Origin: a virus
DNA: 64,000 nucleotides
IMG/VR virus record: IMGVR_UViG_3300032249_000542
Span: 32,001-96,000 of that record
Reading direction: 5' to 3' (one strand)
In this document: positions 1 to 8,156 of the stretch, one piece after another
Position numbering within the stretch: position 1 is the stretch's first letter
How the letters are laid out: each line of letters starts with the position of its first letter
The notes under the pieces: generated by a model
Told to the model about the DNA's origin: nothing
Seen by the model: only the letters and a program-made list of their open reading frames with translations
Databases searched by the model: none
Program-made: the position numbers and the translations under genes

Positions 1-342
1 AAAGCTTTTAAGAACTTCCTTTGTTGCGCTATGTCACCCAGTATCACTTTTGACATTAAAGAAATTCCAGTATTCAGACCTGCTGTAGAACCTGCTGGGT
101 TAAACTTTGTTTACATCGAACAAGAAATGACACAGGTCTACAAGTACATCACAAATCACCCAGCAAAACCCGTTGGTATTACATTAAAAAAACAAATGGA
201 ATTATTGGTGGTTACATTAGAATCTTTGCATAAAGATGAAGCAGAATTATTTGCTAACATGTTTAGAAAATCATTAAAGGTACGTGGATTAAATGCAAAG
301 ATTGTGAAAGAAGCATTTCCGGATCTTCCATTAGAGGTGTAA
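1..342 (+). CDS. Conserved T4-like phage hypothetical protein, 5'-truncated by the window edge
   Basis: Frame 1 is open from base 1. The C-terminus LESLHKDEAELF...VKEAFPDL resembles a conserved T4-like hypothetical protein. Confidence 0.6.
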   Translation, partial: KAFKNFLCCAMSPSITFDIKEIPVFRPAVEPAGLNFVYIEQEMTQVYKYITNHPAKPVGITLKKQMELLVVTLESLHKDEAELFANMFRKSLKVRGLNAKIVKEAFPDLPLEV

Positions 343-343
343 C

Positions 344-514
344 ATGAGTAAAGGTTCAAAGCCTAGACCTATTGAAATACCAAGGGATGATTTTGAAAAA
401 AACTGGGACACTATATTTGAAAAGGTGACTAATGAAGGTAGCTGTGGTAACGCCAACTGTAGGTGCAAAACAACTGGAACAATGTGTCCAAAGTGTTCAG
501 AACCAAACGTATAA
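344..514 (+). CDS. Small hypothetical protein (56 aa, MSKGSKPRP...)
   Basis: GAGGTG RBS upstream of ATG 344. Hand translation: MSKGSKPRPIEIPRDDFEKNWDTIFEKVTNEGSCGNANCRCKTTGTMCPKCSEPNV. Not in the ORF track; overlaps the next gene. Confidence 0.5.
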   Translation: MSKGSKPRPIEIPRDDFEKNWDTIFEKVTNEGSCGNANCRCKTTGTMCPKCSEPNV

Positions 515-1175
515 AAATTTAACTCATTATGTATTTGTTGATGGAAAGCAATTTAATAAAAGCGTGGATGAGCTTACAACGGGACTTCCAAATATTCAGC
601 GTGTTTATTTGGAAGAAAACGTCGGTAAAGGTTGGTATGGTCATCGTGTATACGCTGCATCTTCTTTCTTGGTTAACGCTGATGTCATATGTTACCTTGA
701 TGAGGACAATTGGTTTGATATACATCATGTTGAGGACTTGGTCAGCGTTCTTGAAAAGGGCAATGATTGGGCTTATTCGTTAAGGAAAATTTATGATAAA
801 GATGGTGAGTTCGTTTGTAATGATGAATGTGAATCGCTTGGTAAATGGCCTATCTACTTTGATGATAGAGCCTTTCATATCGATACTAGCAGTTTCGCTG
901 TTCGCCGTAATGTTGCAGTCCAAATAGGACATGCATGGTATGGGCAATGGGGTGCGGATCGTCAATTCTTTAATGCTATCAAACAACACTTTCCTAAGTT
1001 TGATTGTACGAGGAAACATTCAATGTGTTATCGTTTAGATGGTAACGAGAATTCTGTAACAAAAGAATTCTTCATTGAAGGCAACAAAGCAAATCATCAA
1101 AAATATAATTCACAATTACCCTGGTTACAAGAACCTAAGGGTGAACTGATTGGTCCTGGGATAACATTAATATGA
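432..1175 (+). CDS. Glycosyltransferase family 2
   Basis: N-terminal VAVVTPT...CVQSVQNQTY, DxD-like YLDED motif, WGADRQF. Confidence 0.85.
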   Translation: MKVAVVTPTVGAKQLEQCVQSVQNQTYKNLTHYVFVDGKQFNKSVDELTTGLPNIQRVYLEENVGKGWYGHRVYAASSFLVNADVICYLDEDNWFDIHHVEDLVSVLEKGNDWAYSLRKIYDKDGEFVCNDECESLGKWPIYFDDRAFHIDTSSFAVRRNVAVQIGHAWYGQWGADRQFFNAIKQHFPKFDCTRKHSMCYRLDGNENSVTKEFFIEGNKANHQKYNSQLPWLQEPKGELIGPGITLI

Positions 1176-2116
1176 AAACAGCATTGATTACTGGTGTATC
1201 GGGTTATCTCGGTTCGCACGTTGCAAAAGAATTGAAGAAGGCAGGATGGAAAGTTATTGGGTTAGATATAGTTCATACAATTAATCCTTACATCGATATT
1301 TTTTACTTGTGTAATATATCGGATGCTGTCTCGCTAGATGAATTGTTCAGTAGGGTAAAAATCGACACAGTTTTTCACTTTGCAGGATTGATTGAAGTTG
1401 GTAGTTCAGTTAAAAATCCTGCTGGGTATTGGAAAACAAATGCCGGTGGAACAATCAATCTTTTAGATATTATGAAACGTCATAAAGTAGAAAATATTCT
1501 TTATTCATCTACTGCTGGGTTGTATGAAACAAATAGTATTTTGCTTAATGAAGAATGTCCTCTCAATCCAGACAACAATCCATACGCAGGAAGTAAGTAT
1601 GTAGCAGAAATTGCGATTAAACAGTCGGGATTGAATTATCAGATTTTTAGATACTTCAATTTAGCAGGTGCTGATCCTGACGGTGAGTTTGGTGAGAATC
1701 ATTTTCCTGAAACACACTTGATTCCACGAATCTTTGAAAATCTAAATAACTTCACAATTTATGGCAATGACTATGATACAGTAGATGGCACTTGTGTTAG
1801 GGATTATGTTCACGTATCCGATGTTGCCGAAGCACATGTATTGGCTGCAAACAATTTAAATAACCTCACAATCAATCTAGGTACCGGAGTAGGATACTCG
1901 GTAAAAGAGATAGTCAACTTGGTAGAATTTGTAACGGGTAACAGAGTTAATTTCACTTTCGGTGAAAGACGAGGTGGTGACCCATCACAACTAGTTGCCG
2001 ATATCACTCTTGCCAAAGAGTGCTTGCACTACCGTCCCAAACATAGTATAGTTTCTATTATTGACACAGCATATAAATGGCATTCACAAAATGAAAAAAG
2101 AACCGATACAGTTTGA
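1172..2116 (+). CDS. galE: UDP-glucose 4-epimerase
   Basis: TGVSGYLGSH Rossmann motif, HFAG, YAGSK (YxxxK), FRYFNLAGA, DGTCVRDYVHV. Confidence 0.92.
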   Translation: MKTALITGVSGYLGSHVAKELKKAGWKVIGLDIVHTINPYIDIFYLCNISDAVSLDELFSRVKIDTVFHFAGLIEVGSSVKNPAGYWKTNAGGTINLLDIMKRHKVENILYSSTAGLYETNSILLNEECPLNPDNNPYAGSKYVAEIAIKQSGLNYQIFRYFNLAGADPDGEFGENHFPETHLIPRIFENLNNFTIYGNDYDTVDGTCVRDYVHVSDVAEAHVLAANNLNNLTINLGTGVGYSVKEIVNLVEFVTGNRVNFTFGERRGGDPSQLVADITLAKECLHYRPKHSIVSIIDTAYKWHSQNEKRTDTV

Positions 2117-2615
2117 ATCTAATCACTTCCTTACTGGTGATATTAATAACGAAAATATAGAATCTGCAATGAAGTGGGTAGTCGATGCAAATGAAAAAAA
2201 AGTTCCAAGTATAATATCATTATATATTAATTCAGATGGTGGTGATCTGGCAGGTGCTTTTGCATTAATTGACGTTATGCGTGTATCCGCAGTTCCCGTT
2301 TCAACTATTGGTATTGGGAATATAATGAGTTCTGCTTTTATGATATTTGCTTCTGGAACAAAAGGACATCGTGCAATATCAAAAAACACTAGCATAATGA
2401 TGCACCAATTTCATCATGACTTTGGTGGCAAGTATCATGACATAAAAGCATTCTCACAAGAATTTGATCGTATTAATCAAAGAATGCTTAATACGCTTAT
2501 TGATTGTAGTGGTATGTCAGAAGATGATGTAAGGAAGTATCTACTTGGACCAACTGATTCTTGGATTGATGCGTATCAGTTGAAAGAGTATGGAATTGCT
2601 GACTATATTTTTTAA
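2091..2615 (+). CDS. clpP: ATP-dependent Clp protease proteolytic subunit-like protein
   Basis: LYINSDGG, IMSSA (catalytic Ser position), IMMHQ (His), D..IDA...KEYGIAD. ATG 2091 preferred as start. Confidence 0.85.
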   Translation: MKKEPIQFESNHFLTGDINNENIESAMKWVVDANEKKVPSIISLYINSDGGDLAGAFALIDVMRVSAVPVSTIGIGNIMSSAFMIFASGTKGHRAISKNTSIMMHQFHHDFGGKYHDIKAFSQEFDRINQRMLNTLIDCSGMSEDDVRKYLLGPTDSWIDAYQLKEYGIADYIF

Positions 2616-2633
2616 GGGGAGTTAAATAGTCAA

Positions 2634-2798
2634 ATGTTAGCGGGCGGAAGTAAATACCAGAAACCGGTCAAGACGAAATTCAAAAAGAATCTAGACCGTG
2701 AAGTTTTAAAATCAGAAAAGAAACGTCACCACGATAAAACTTTATATCGCTTGGCCAAAGAGGAAAAGGAAGAACATGTTACATTCGACAAATCGTAA
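2634..2798 (+). CDS. Small basic hypothetical protein (54 aa)
   Basis: GGGGAG upstream; MLAGGSKYQKPVKTKFKK...; fills the intergenic gap. Confidence 0.5.
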   Translation: MLAGGSKYQKPVKTKFKKNLDREVLKSEKKRHHDKTLYRLAKEEKEEHVTFDKS

Positions 2799-2952
2799 GG
2801 AAGCAATTGTTTCTGAATTAGTTGATTTGGAAGGTAAGATTGCTGATGCACAAAATAATCGATATGACCTCAAAAAAGAATTGGCAGAAATTCGCCGTAA
2901 GGAAATTGAGGAATCGATGAATGAAAATACCCAACAGTTACTAAAAGGTTAA
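2776..2952 (+). CDS. Small coiled-coil hypothetical protein (58 aa)
   Basis: AGGA RBS; MLHSTNRKEAIVSELVDLEGKIADAQ...QQLLKG. Confidence 0.55.
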   Translation: MLHSTNRKEAIVSELVDLEGKIADAQNNRYDLKKELAEIRRKEIEESMNENTQQLLKG

Positions 2953-2962
2953 CATTTAGTCC

Positions 2963-3013
2963 TGTTGTTTTTATACAACAGGGCTTGACATAATACCTAT
3001 TTTTTGTTATGAT
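2963..3013 (+). promoter_or_regulatory. Sigma70-type early promoter with upstream TGTTG-N8-CAACA palindrome
   Basis: TGTTG tttttata CAACA 2963-2980; TTGACA 2985-2990; 17 bp spacer; TATGAT 3008-3013. Confidence 0.8.
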
Positions 3014-3019
3014 TGTAGA

Positions 3020-3430
3020 ATGAAAACTATTCCTACAGTCGGTTCGGAAGTAGAGGTTACTGTCCGTTATCCAAATTATAATTACTTTACTAGTAATTGT
3101 CAACCTTTTAACGACACCACATACAAGGGTGTCGTTGTCAAAAATGCAAAATGGATTGCACAGGATTGCTTTTGTGTCAAAACTGACAACAAAGTTTATC
3201 CTTTGTCAATTATCACTTTGTCAAAAGTTCATGATATCAAAATACTAAAAGGCGATGTTGCCAAAATAAGAAAATTCAAGGTACTCGGTACCAAGGGTCA
3301 TACTTATTTGATAACATTGTCAAATGGACACTATTCCTGTCATTGTATTGGTTTCCAATATCACAACAAATGCAAACACATAACAAAAGTGCAAGATGTT
3401 GTAGAAAAACAACAAAACTCTACCGCTTGA
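3020..3430 (+). CDS. SWIM zinc-finger protein
   Basis: C-terminal YSCHCIGFQYHNKCKHI matches CxCxnCxH. Confidence 0.75.
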   Translation: MKTIPTVGSEVEVTVRYPNYNYFTSNCQPFNDTTYKGVVVKNAKWIAQDCFCVKTDNKVYPLSIITLSKVHDIKILKGDVAKIRKFKVLGTKGHTYLITLSNGHYSCHCIGFQYHNKCKHITKVQDVVEKQQNSTA

Positions 3431-3455
3431 CATAAAGCGGGTAACCCTGTATAAT
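3397..3455 (+). promoter_or_regulatory. Sigma70-type early promoter with TGTTG-N8-CAACA palindrome
   Basis: TGTTG tagaaaaa CAACA 3397-3414; TTGACA 3427-3432; 17 bp spacer; TATAAT 3450-3455. Confidence 0.85.
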
Positions 3456-3488
3456 GATTATATTGAGTTAAGTATTAAGGAGTTTCAA

Positions 3489-3803
3489 ATGATGTTAGTT
3501 ATCCACACCCAGTACCGTGAGAACTACGGTACACCTTCCGATCCTTTCTGGAAAATGAAAGGTGGCTATAGTCACAAGATTTTAAACGTACCAGTTTATA
3601 ATCAAACTGGCAATTATCGTCAAATAGCAGAATTCGCTGCTTCTAAATTATGTTGCAATAATGAAATGGCTATTGAGAGCATGGAATATTGGTCACTAGA
3701 ACCAGATACCTATCTGTCCGAGTTTGAGCGTAGCCAACTTGAGTATGACGGTAAAATTTTATTTCCCGAATCAACCTTAGAATATTCTAACCTAGGAGGC
3801 TAA
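3489..3803 (+). CDS. Phage hypothetical protein
   Basis: AAGGAG RBS; IHTQYRENYG...WKMKGG motif. Confidence 0.7.
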   Translation: MMLVIHTQYRENYGTPSDPFWKMKGGYSHKILNVPVYNQTGNYRQIAEFAASKLCCNNEMAIESMEYWSLEPDTYLSEFERSQLEYDGKILFPESTLEYSNLGG

Positions 3804-3804
3804 C

Positions 3805-4005
3805 ATGCCTTTTATTATCGAACAAATACAACCGCCACCATCTGTAGGTTCTGATAATTCCTCAGATCCTATGATGGCTTATTTGTTTTTGTTATTTCTT
3901 GTTTTTTATTTTTTTCGTGGTTTAATCGTAGGTTTGATTTTTATGTCACTTCGGTTAACCCTATTAGCTATTTTTGGTTTTGCTACTTATAAATTATTCC
4001 TATGA
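3805..4005 (+). CDS. Small membrane protein
   Basis: GGAGG RBS; two hydrophobic segments. Confidence 0.6.
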   Translation: MPFIIEQIQPPPSVGSDNSSDPMMAYLFLLFLVFYFFRGLIVGLIFMSLRLTLLAIFGFATYKLFL

Positions 4006-4346
4006 TAATCTACACAAATCAAAGCTCTAAAAAACGCAAGCCCAATGCAAAGCAGCGAGAATTGCAAAAGGACTGGAATGACTTGATGGCCAAGTGGTCC
4101 GTCACTTCTACCGTTAAGGAGCGCAAGGTAAAACCTTTGAAGTCCTACAGTTTGCAAATTCCTGCTGAGCGTAATCCTCGCAATTTACCGTCGGTTGATT
4201 CTGGCGTAGGTAATGCAACAAAACCTATCGAGGGTAAACGATACACAGGCGATAAAATGTTAGGTATCGGTACTTTGCACAAGTCTAATGCTGTTCCTAT
4301 TTTTACCGATCAAGAAGCAAAAGACCAAGCCAATATGCGACGGTAA
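4002..4346 (+). CDS. Conserved phage hypothetical protein
   Basis: Basic N-terminus; YTGDKMLGIGTLHKSNAVP motif. Confidence 0.7.
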   Translation: MIIYTNQSSKKRKPNAKQRELQKDWNDLMAKWSVTSTVKERKVKPLKSYSLQIPAERNPRNLPSVDSGVGNATKPIEGKRYTGDKMLGIGTLHKSNAVPIFTDQEAKDQANMRR

Positions 4347-4363
4347 ATGTTGCCAAAAAAGAA

Positions 4364-4413
4364 TGTTGTATTTTTACAACACGCTTGACATAATTGCCGA
4401 CTTTTGATATAAT
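4364..4413 (+). promoter_or_regulatory. Sigma70-type early promoter with TGTTG-N8-CAACA palindrome
   Basis: TGTTG tattttta CAACA 4364-4381; TTGACA 4385-4390; 17 bp spacer; TATAAT 4408-4413. Confidence 0.85.
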
Positions 4414-4445
4414 GATTGTATTGAGTGAGAAATAAAGGACTTATT

Positions 4446-5195
4446 ATGAAATTACTATCTACTGGTAACCCCAAGACCCTTAAAGGTTTGGCAACAGGTT
4501 ACAATACCTACATTTTACACCTTGCACCTGCAAACCTTTCGGGTTTTGAGACTTGTCCAAAACGCACCGAAGGTTGTACTGCTGCTTGCTTGAATACAGC
4601 AGGTCGTGGCGGTATGTTCAAAAAAGGTGAAACAACCAATGTGATCCAAAAGGCACGAATTCGTAAAACCCGCATGTTCTTTGAGGACCGTGTTTCCTTT
4701 ATGAATTTGTTGGTCAAAGATATTGAGTTAGCAATTAAACAATCTGCTAAACTTAATTTAACTCCTGTATTCCGTTTGAACGGTACCTCCGATATCGCTT
4801 TCGAAAAATACGAGGTTCTCCGTAACGGTCAATCATACACAAATATTTTCTTTGCTTTCCCAGAAGTGATTTTTTACGATTACACCAAAATCCTTGGTCG
4901 TAAAATAAGTTTCATTCCTAACTATTCGTTGACATTCTCTGCTGCTGACGGCAATGATGCTGACGTACAAAAAGCAATAGCACAAGGTTACAATGTTGCT
5001 ACAGTTTTCGGTTTAAAGAAAACAGAAGCAATGCCTGAAACTTATCTTGGTCGTCCAGTATTTAACGGTGACGAATCCGACTTGCGTTTCCTAGATCCTA
5101 AAGGTGTTGTTGTTGGTTTGTATGCAAAAGGTCGTGCGAAAAAAGACACTTCAGGTTTTGTGAAATTTCCTACAATTATGTTGAAGGCTGCTTAA
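4446..5195 (+). CDS. GP88-like Cys-cluster (possibly radical-SAM-like) phage protein
   Basis: CPKRTEGCTAAC, FRLNGTSDI, FYDYTK, NGDESDLRF. AAGGA RBS before ATG 4446. Confidence 0.65.
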   Translation: MKLLSTGNPKTLKGLATGYNTYILHLAPANLSGFETCPKRTEGCTAACLNTAGRGGMFKKGETTNVIQKARIRKTRMFFEDRVSFMNLLVKDIELAIKQSAKLNLTPVFRLNGTSDIAFEKYEVLRNGQSYTNIFFAFPEVIFYDYTKILGRKISFIPNYSLTFSAADGNDADVQKAIAQGYNVATVFGLKKTEAMPETYLGRPVFNGDESDLRFLDPKGVVVGLYAKGRAKKDTSGFVKFPTIMLKAA

Positions 5196-5196
5196 C

Positions 5197-5346
5197 ATGT
5201 TAATTGATTTTACCGATGATGAATTAGATTTAATTTATGATTGTTTGAGTGAACGGAGTAAATTCTCAGATGATGAAAATGAATCAGAATTGATTGATAG
5301 TATTCAAGATAAAATGTGGAAGGCATCAAAAAATGCAGAATCTTAA
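5197..5346 (+). CDS. Small acidic hypothetical protein (49 aa)
   Basis: MLIDFTDDELDLIYDCLSERS...KASKNAES; fills the gap between genes. Confidence 0.5.
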   Translation: MLIDFTDDELDLIYDCLSERSKFSDDENESELIDSIQDKMWKASKNAES

Positions 5347-5551
5347 TTTGCTCGACTTTAAATCACCCCCAGAGTTTGCTTCTATATTCAAGCATATCCC
5401 AATTGAGAAATATACACCTGAAACAAAAAAACTAATTCGTGAAATTGTTGGTCGTAAGGTGTATTTTAAATTCCGTGGTCCTCGGTATTACAAAGACCAT
5501 TGTCTTAAACGTCATGCGGTAAAGTTTGACGTTTACCCAAGGAACTATTGA
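5333..5551 (+). CDS. Hypothetical protein
   Basis: ORF-track frame; ATG 5333 preferred; FRGPR motif. Confidence 0.55.
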   Translation: MQNLNLLDFKSPPEFASIFKHIPIEKYTPETKKLIREIVGRKVYFKFRGPRYYKDHCLKRHAVKFDVYPRNY

Positions 5552-5597
5552 TTCTTACCAATAATACCTTGACAAATAACCTGAAGTATGTTACATT
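5546..5597 (+). promoter_or_regulatory. Sigma70-type promoter with variant TATTG-N8-CAATA palindrome
   Basis: TATTG attcttac CAATA 5546-5563; TTGACA 5569-5574; 17 bp spacer; TACATT 5592-5597 with an upstream TG. Confidence 0.7.
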
Positions 5598-5628
5598 ATA
5601 ATCTCACTAACTGAATGGAGTTTTAATT

Positions 5629-6066
5629 ATGGCTTATGTTAAACGTGATCCTTCTTGGGAAACTAAACGTAAAGATGCTCGGCGCCACGAGCTTATTCTG
5701 CAAGTCCTAGTAAATGGTGGTGTTGTTACTAAGGATGAAATTGAGCAGACCACACAATACGAAGCAATGTATCGTTTGTCTGCTGTTATGTGGTGGTTAA
5801 AACGTCACGGTGCTGTTATCCGTGTTCACAAAGATGGTCGTAAGGTTGTAGGTTACGAATTGATGAATGTTGCAGATATGACCAAGATGCTTGATGCCCG
5901 TGGTCTCGCAGCAATACCAATCAAAGGTAAGGCCAAGACCAAAACTAAAGCTGTTGCAAAATCTAAGCCTGTTGTTTCAATGAACGAATTGAAAGCAGAG
6001 GCTACTGAAATTACAGCACCTGTTGTTCAACCTGAAGTTCTCGAAGTGACAGAAATTACCGAATGA
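5629..6066 (+). CDS. Putative winged helix-turn-helix DNA-binding protein
   Basis: ELILQVL..GGVVTKDEIE...YRLSAVMWWLKRHGAVIRV...VVGYEL fits a wHTH pattern; Lys-rich linker and acidic tail. Confidence 0.55.
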   Translation: MAYVKRDPSWETKRKDARRHELILQVLVNGGVVTKDEIEQTTQYEAMYRLSAVMWWLKRHGAVIRVHKDGRKVVGYELMNVADMTKMLDARGLAAIPIKGKAKTKTKAVAKSKPVVSMNELKAEATEITAPVVQPEVLEVTEITE

Positions 6067-6779
6067 AGCGTCTCCTGCCCTTAGCGGCTTTTCTACTTTC
6101 TAGTGCCCATGCAACAACGGGTACTGGAGAGTATTTTTATGGACCAGACACATCCGAAAATATTGCTTGTCAAGTTGCGGAAGACTTTGCACGTACCGAT
6201 GCGATAAGAAATTTTCTTGGAGAGACTTTCGAATCCTCTACAAGTGAGCAATGTTTTAATACCGAATGTTTTCTTTCACAAGACACCAGTAGCAGTATCA
6301 TTGGTTCTATAAAGAAGGTCAATAAAAAGGAAGTGACAAAATCTACTGCCGATGGTAAAATGATTTGTACAGTTACCTTGGATGCTGACGTTGAAAAACT
6401 TGAGAATGATATTTACTTCAATGTTTGGACTGAACAACCAACTTTCCGTCATGGTGACGAAGTGAATTTTTATGCCATGACAAATAGGGCAGGGATGATA
6501 ACTGTTTTCAATTACTACGATAAAAAGTTTAATAAAATCTTGACCAAAAAGGTTACTGACTTTAAAGATGAATTTCCTATCCTAGGTAAGAATCAAGTTA
6601 TGGTTGCACAAGTACCTAAAGATAAGAAGGTATCGAACGAAAGGTTGGTATTCATCTTTACGGAACTTGACACAGAAACAAAATCGGTGTATACTGATTA
6701 TGAAATGCAGAAATTTTTAAAGACTCTGCCGATTACTAAACGGCGAATCATTTACAAAGTTGCACAAATCGTGAGGTGA
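6063..6779 (+). CDS. Exported hypothetical protein
   Basis: Signal peptide MKRLLPLAAFLLSSAHA; beta-rich C-terminal domain. Confidence 0.65.
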   Translation: MKRLLPLAAFLLSSAHATTGTGEYFYGPDTSENIACQVAEDFARTDAIRNFLGETFESSTSEQCFNTECFLSQDTSSSIIGSIKKVNKKEVTKSTADGKMICTVTLDADVEKLENDIYFNVWTEQPTFRHGDEVNFYAMTNRAGMITVFNYYDKKFNKILTKKVTDFKDEFPILGKNQVMVAQVPKDKKVSNERLVFIFTELDTETKSVYTDYEMQKFLKTLPITKRRIIYKVAQIVR

Positions 6780-6781
6780 TT

Positions 6782-6907
6782 ATGAAATATATTATGTTAA
6801 TATTATGTACCCTTATTACAGCATGTGGTACAGTTGGTGGCGCATTACAAGGCGCTAGTGAGGACCTTAACAAGGCCGGTGGTTATATTCGTGAAGCGGG
6901 GAAATAA
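6782..6907 (+). CDS. Entericidin (EcnA/B)-like small lipoprotein (41 aa)
   Basis: GAGGTG RBS; MKYIMLILCTLITA-C-GTVGGALQGASEDLNKAGGYIREAGK has a lipobox followed by an amphipathic helix. Not in the ORF track. Confidence 0.65.
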   Translation: MKYIMLILCTLITACGTVGGALQGASEDLNKAGGYIREAGK

Positions 6908-7513
6908 ATGAAAAAGTTACTATTGATTCCAATCGTGCTTGCAATGACAGCATGTAGTACAGGTGGTGTTAAGTATAGTTCGGGTGTAGAAATTAAAGGT
7001 CCTGAGTTTGGTGGCGGTAGTCAGCAAGCCGAAGTAAAGTATCCAGATTGGTTTACAGCGCAACCTGAGAAAGGTGATGATGCTCTTTATGGTGTTTCTT
7101 CGGAATACTCTAAAGATTTTCAGTTTGCTGTTGACAAAGCGATGCTGTCTGCCAAACGTGAATTGGCAACCAACTTTTCGTCACATATCGAATCGATGAT
7201 GAAAGATTATGTTGCCGAAATCGGTGAAGCAGATCAATCTACCATTCAAGAAATTAACCGTACAACTAAACTGGTTGTGAGTCGTGTAAATCTAATCGGT
7301 GTGCAACGTACTGGTTACAAAGTAGTGCATGAGAAAGATGGTTATCGTGCATTTGTCAAACTCCGTTATGCAGCTGACCAATCTAACAAACTGTTGGTAT
7401 CTGAAATCAGAAAGAATAGAAAACTAAATGCTAAACTCGAATCTTCAAAAGCTTTCCGAGAGTTGGAACAAAGTATTGATGCTATTAACGAAGGCAAGCC
7501 AGTGGGTAACTAA
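6908..7513 (+). CDS. Lipoprotein (LPP20-like)
   Basis: Lipobox AMTAC; PDWF...A.DKAMLSAKRELA. Confidence 0.7.
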   Translation: MKKLLLIPIVLAMTACSTGGVKYSSGVEIKGPEFGGGSQQAEVKYPDWFTAQPEKGDDALYGVSSEYSKDFQFAVDKAMLSAKRELATNFSSHIESMMKDYVAEIGEADQSTIQEINRTTKLVVSRVNLIGVQRTGYKVVHEKDGYRAFVKLRYAADQSNKLLVSEIRKNRKLNAKLESSKAFRELEQSIDAINEGKPVGN

Positions 7514-7664
7514 TCTTATCACCGGCATATCAGAAAAAGATAAATGGTTCTGGTATAAACTGTGGTTGGTGATTATGATACTTGCTCTTGCCGCAGGTGC
7601 TAAAGGTCTGTTCCAAATGATTGGTTTATTTTATGTGATGTATCATGTTACGAAACTTTCTTAA
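7428..7664 (+). CDS. Small membrane protein (start uncertain)
   Basis: Hydrophobic C-terminal half; the true start is probably downstream of 7428. Confidence 0.45.
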   Translation: MLNSNLQKLSESWNKVLMLLTKASQWVTNLITGISEKDKWFWYKLWLVIMILALAAGAKGLFQMIGLFYVMYHVTKLS

Positions 7665-7833
7665 ATATTGTAAGTACAGCGGGTTGTCAATTACAATCCT
7701 CTGTAACTTTTTTCATTGGGGTATAATTCCTCGATACTATACAGTTAATGATGAATGGGATACGTACAAAACGCATCGATTCTCTTTTCTGTTTATTGGT
7801 ATTTCTTTTTGGATTGACAACGGAGATTGGTAA
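7645..7833 (+). CDS. Hypothetical protein
   Basis: ORF in the operon; ends FWIDNGDW. Confidence 0.55.
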   Translation: MLRNFLKYCKYSGLSITILCNFFHWGIIPRYYTVNDEWDTYKTHRFSFLFIGISFWIDNGDW

Positions 7834-8156
7834 TGAAATATTATGATGAAATGATGGCGTTGGAAACTAAGTTGATTGAAATGGAAACCGCACTTGCAGG
7901 GTTTCGTGGTTTTGTTAATGGTGCTGTGCAATTAGATCAGGAATGTTTGCAAAATGCGCTTTACTTTTTCGATGAATCCCTGCATAATATACATGGTGCT
8001 TGCAATTCTAAGTGGACTGAATTGTGGTCAGCAATAGGAAGTGATGTTACCCCTACTCTGCAACCAGTTCTTCCAGGAGGAGGTGGTGGTGGACATGACT
8101 ATGGTGCCGTTGGTATGGAAAAGAAACGTAGAGTTACCGATAAAACTTTAGACTAA
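7833..8156 (+). CDS. Hypothetical protein
   Basis: TAATG coupling to the previous stop; GGAG upstream. Confidence 0.6.
   Translation: MKYYDEMMALETKLIEMETALAGFRGFVNGAVQLDQECLQNALYFFDESLHNIHGACNSKWTELWSAIGSDVTPTLQPVLPGGGGGGHDYGAVGMEKKRRVTDKTLD

Noticed and set aside
2870-3103. 77-aa minus-strand ORF
   Set aside because: It spans a plus-strand promoter and two plus-strand genes, with no independent support.
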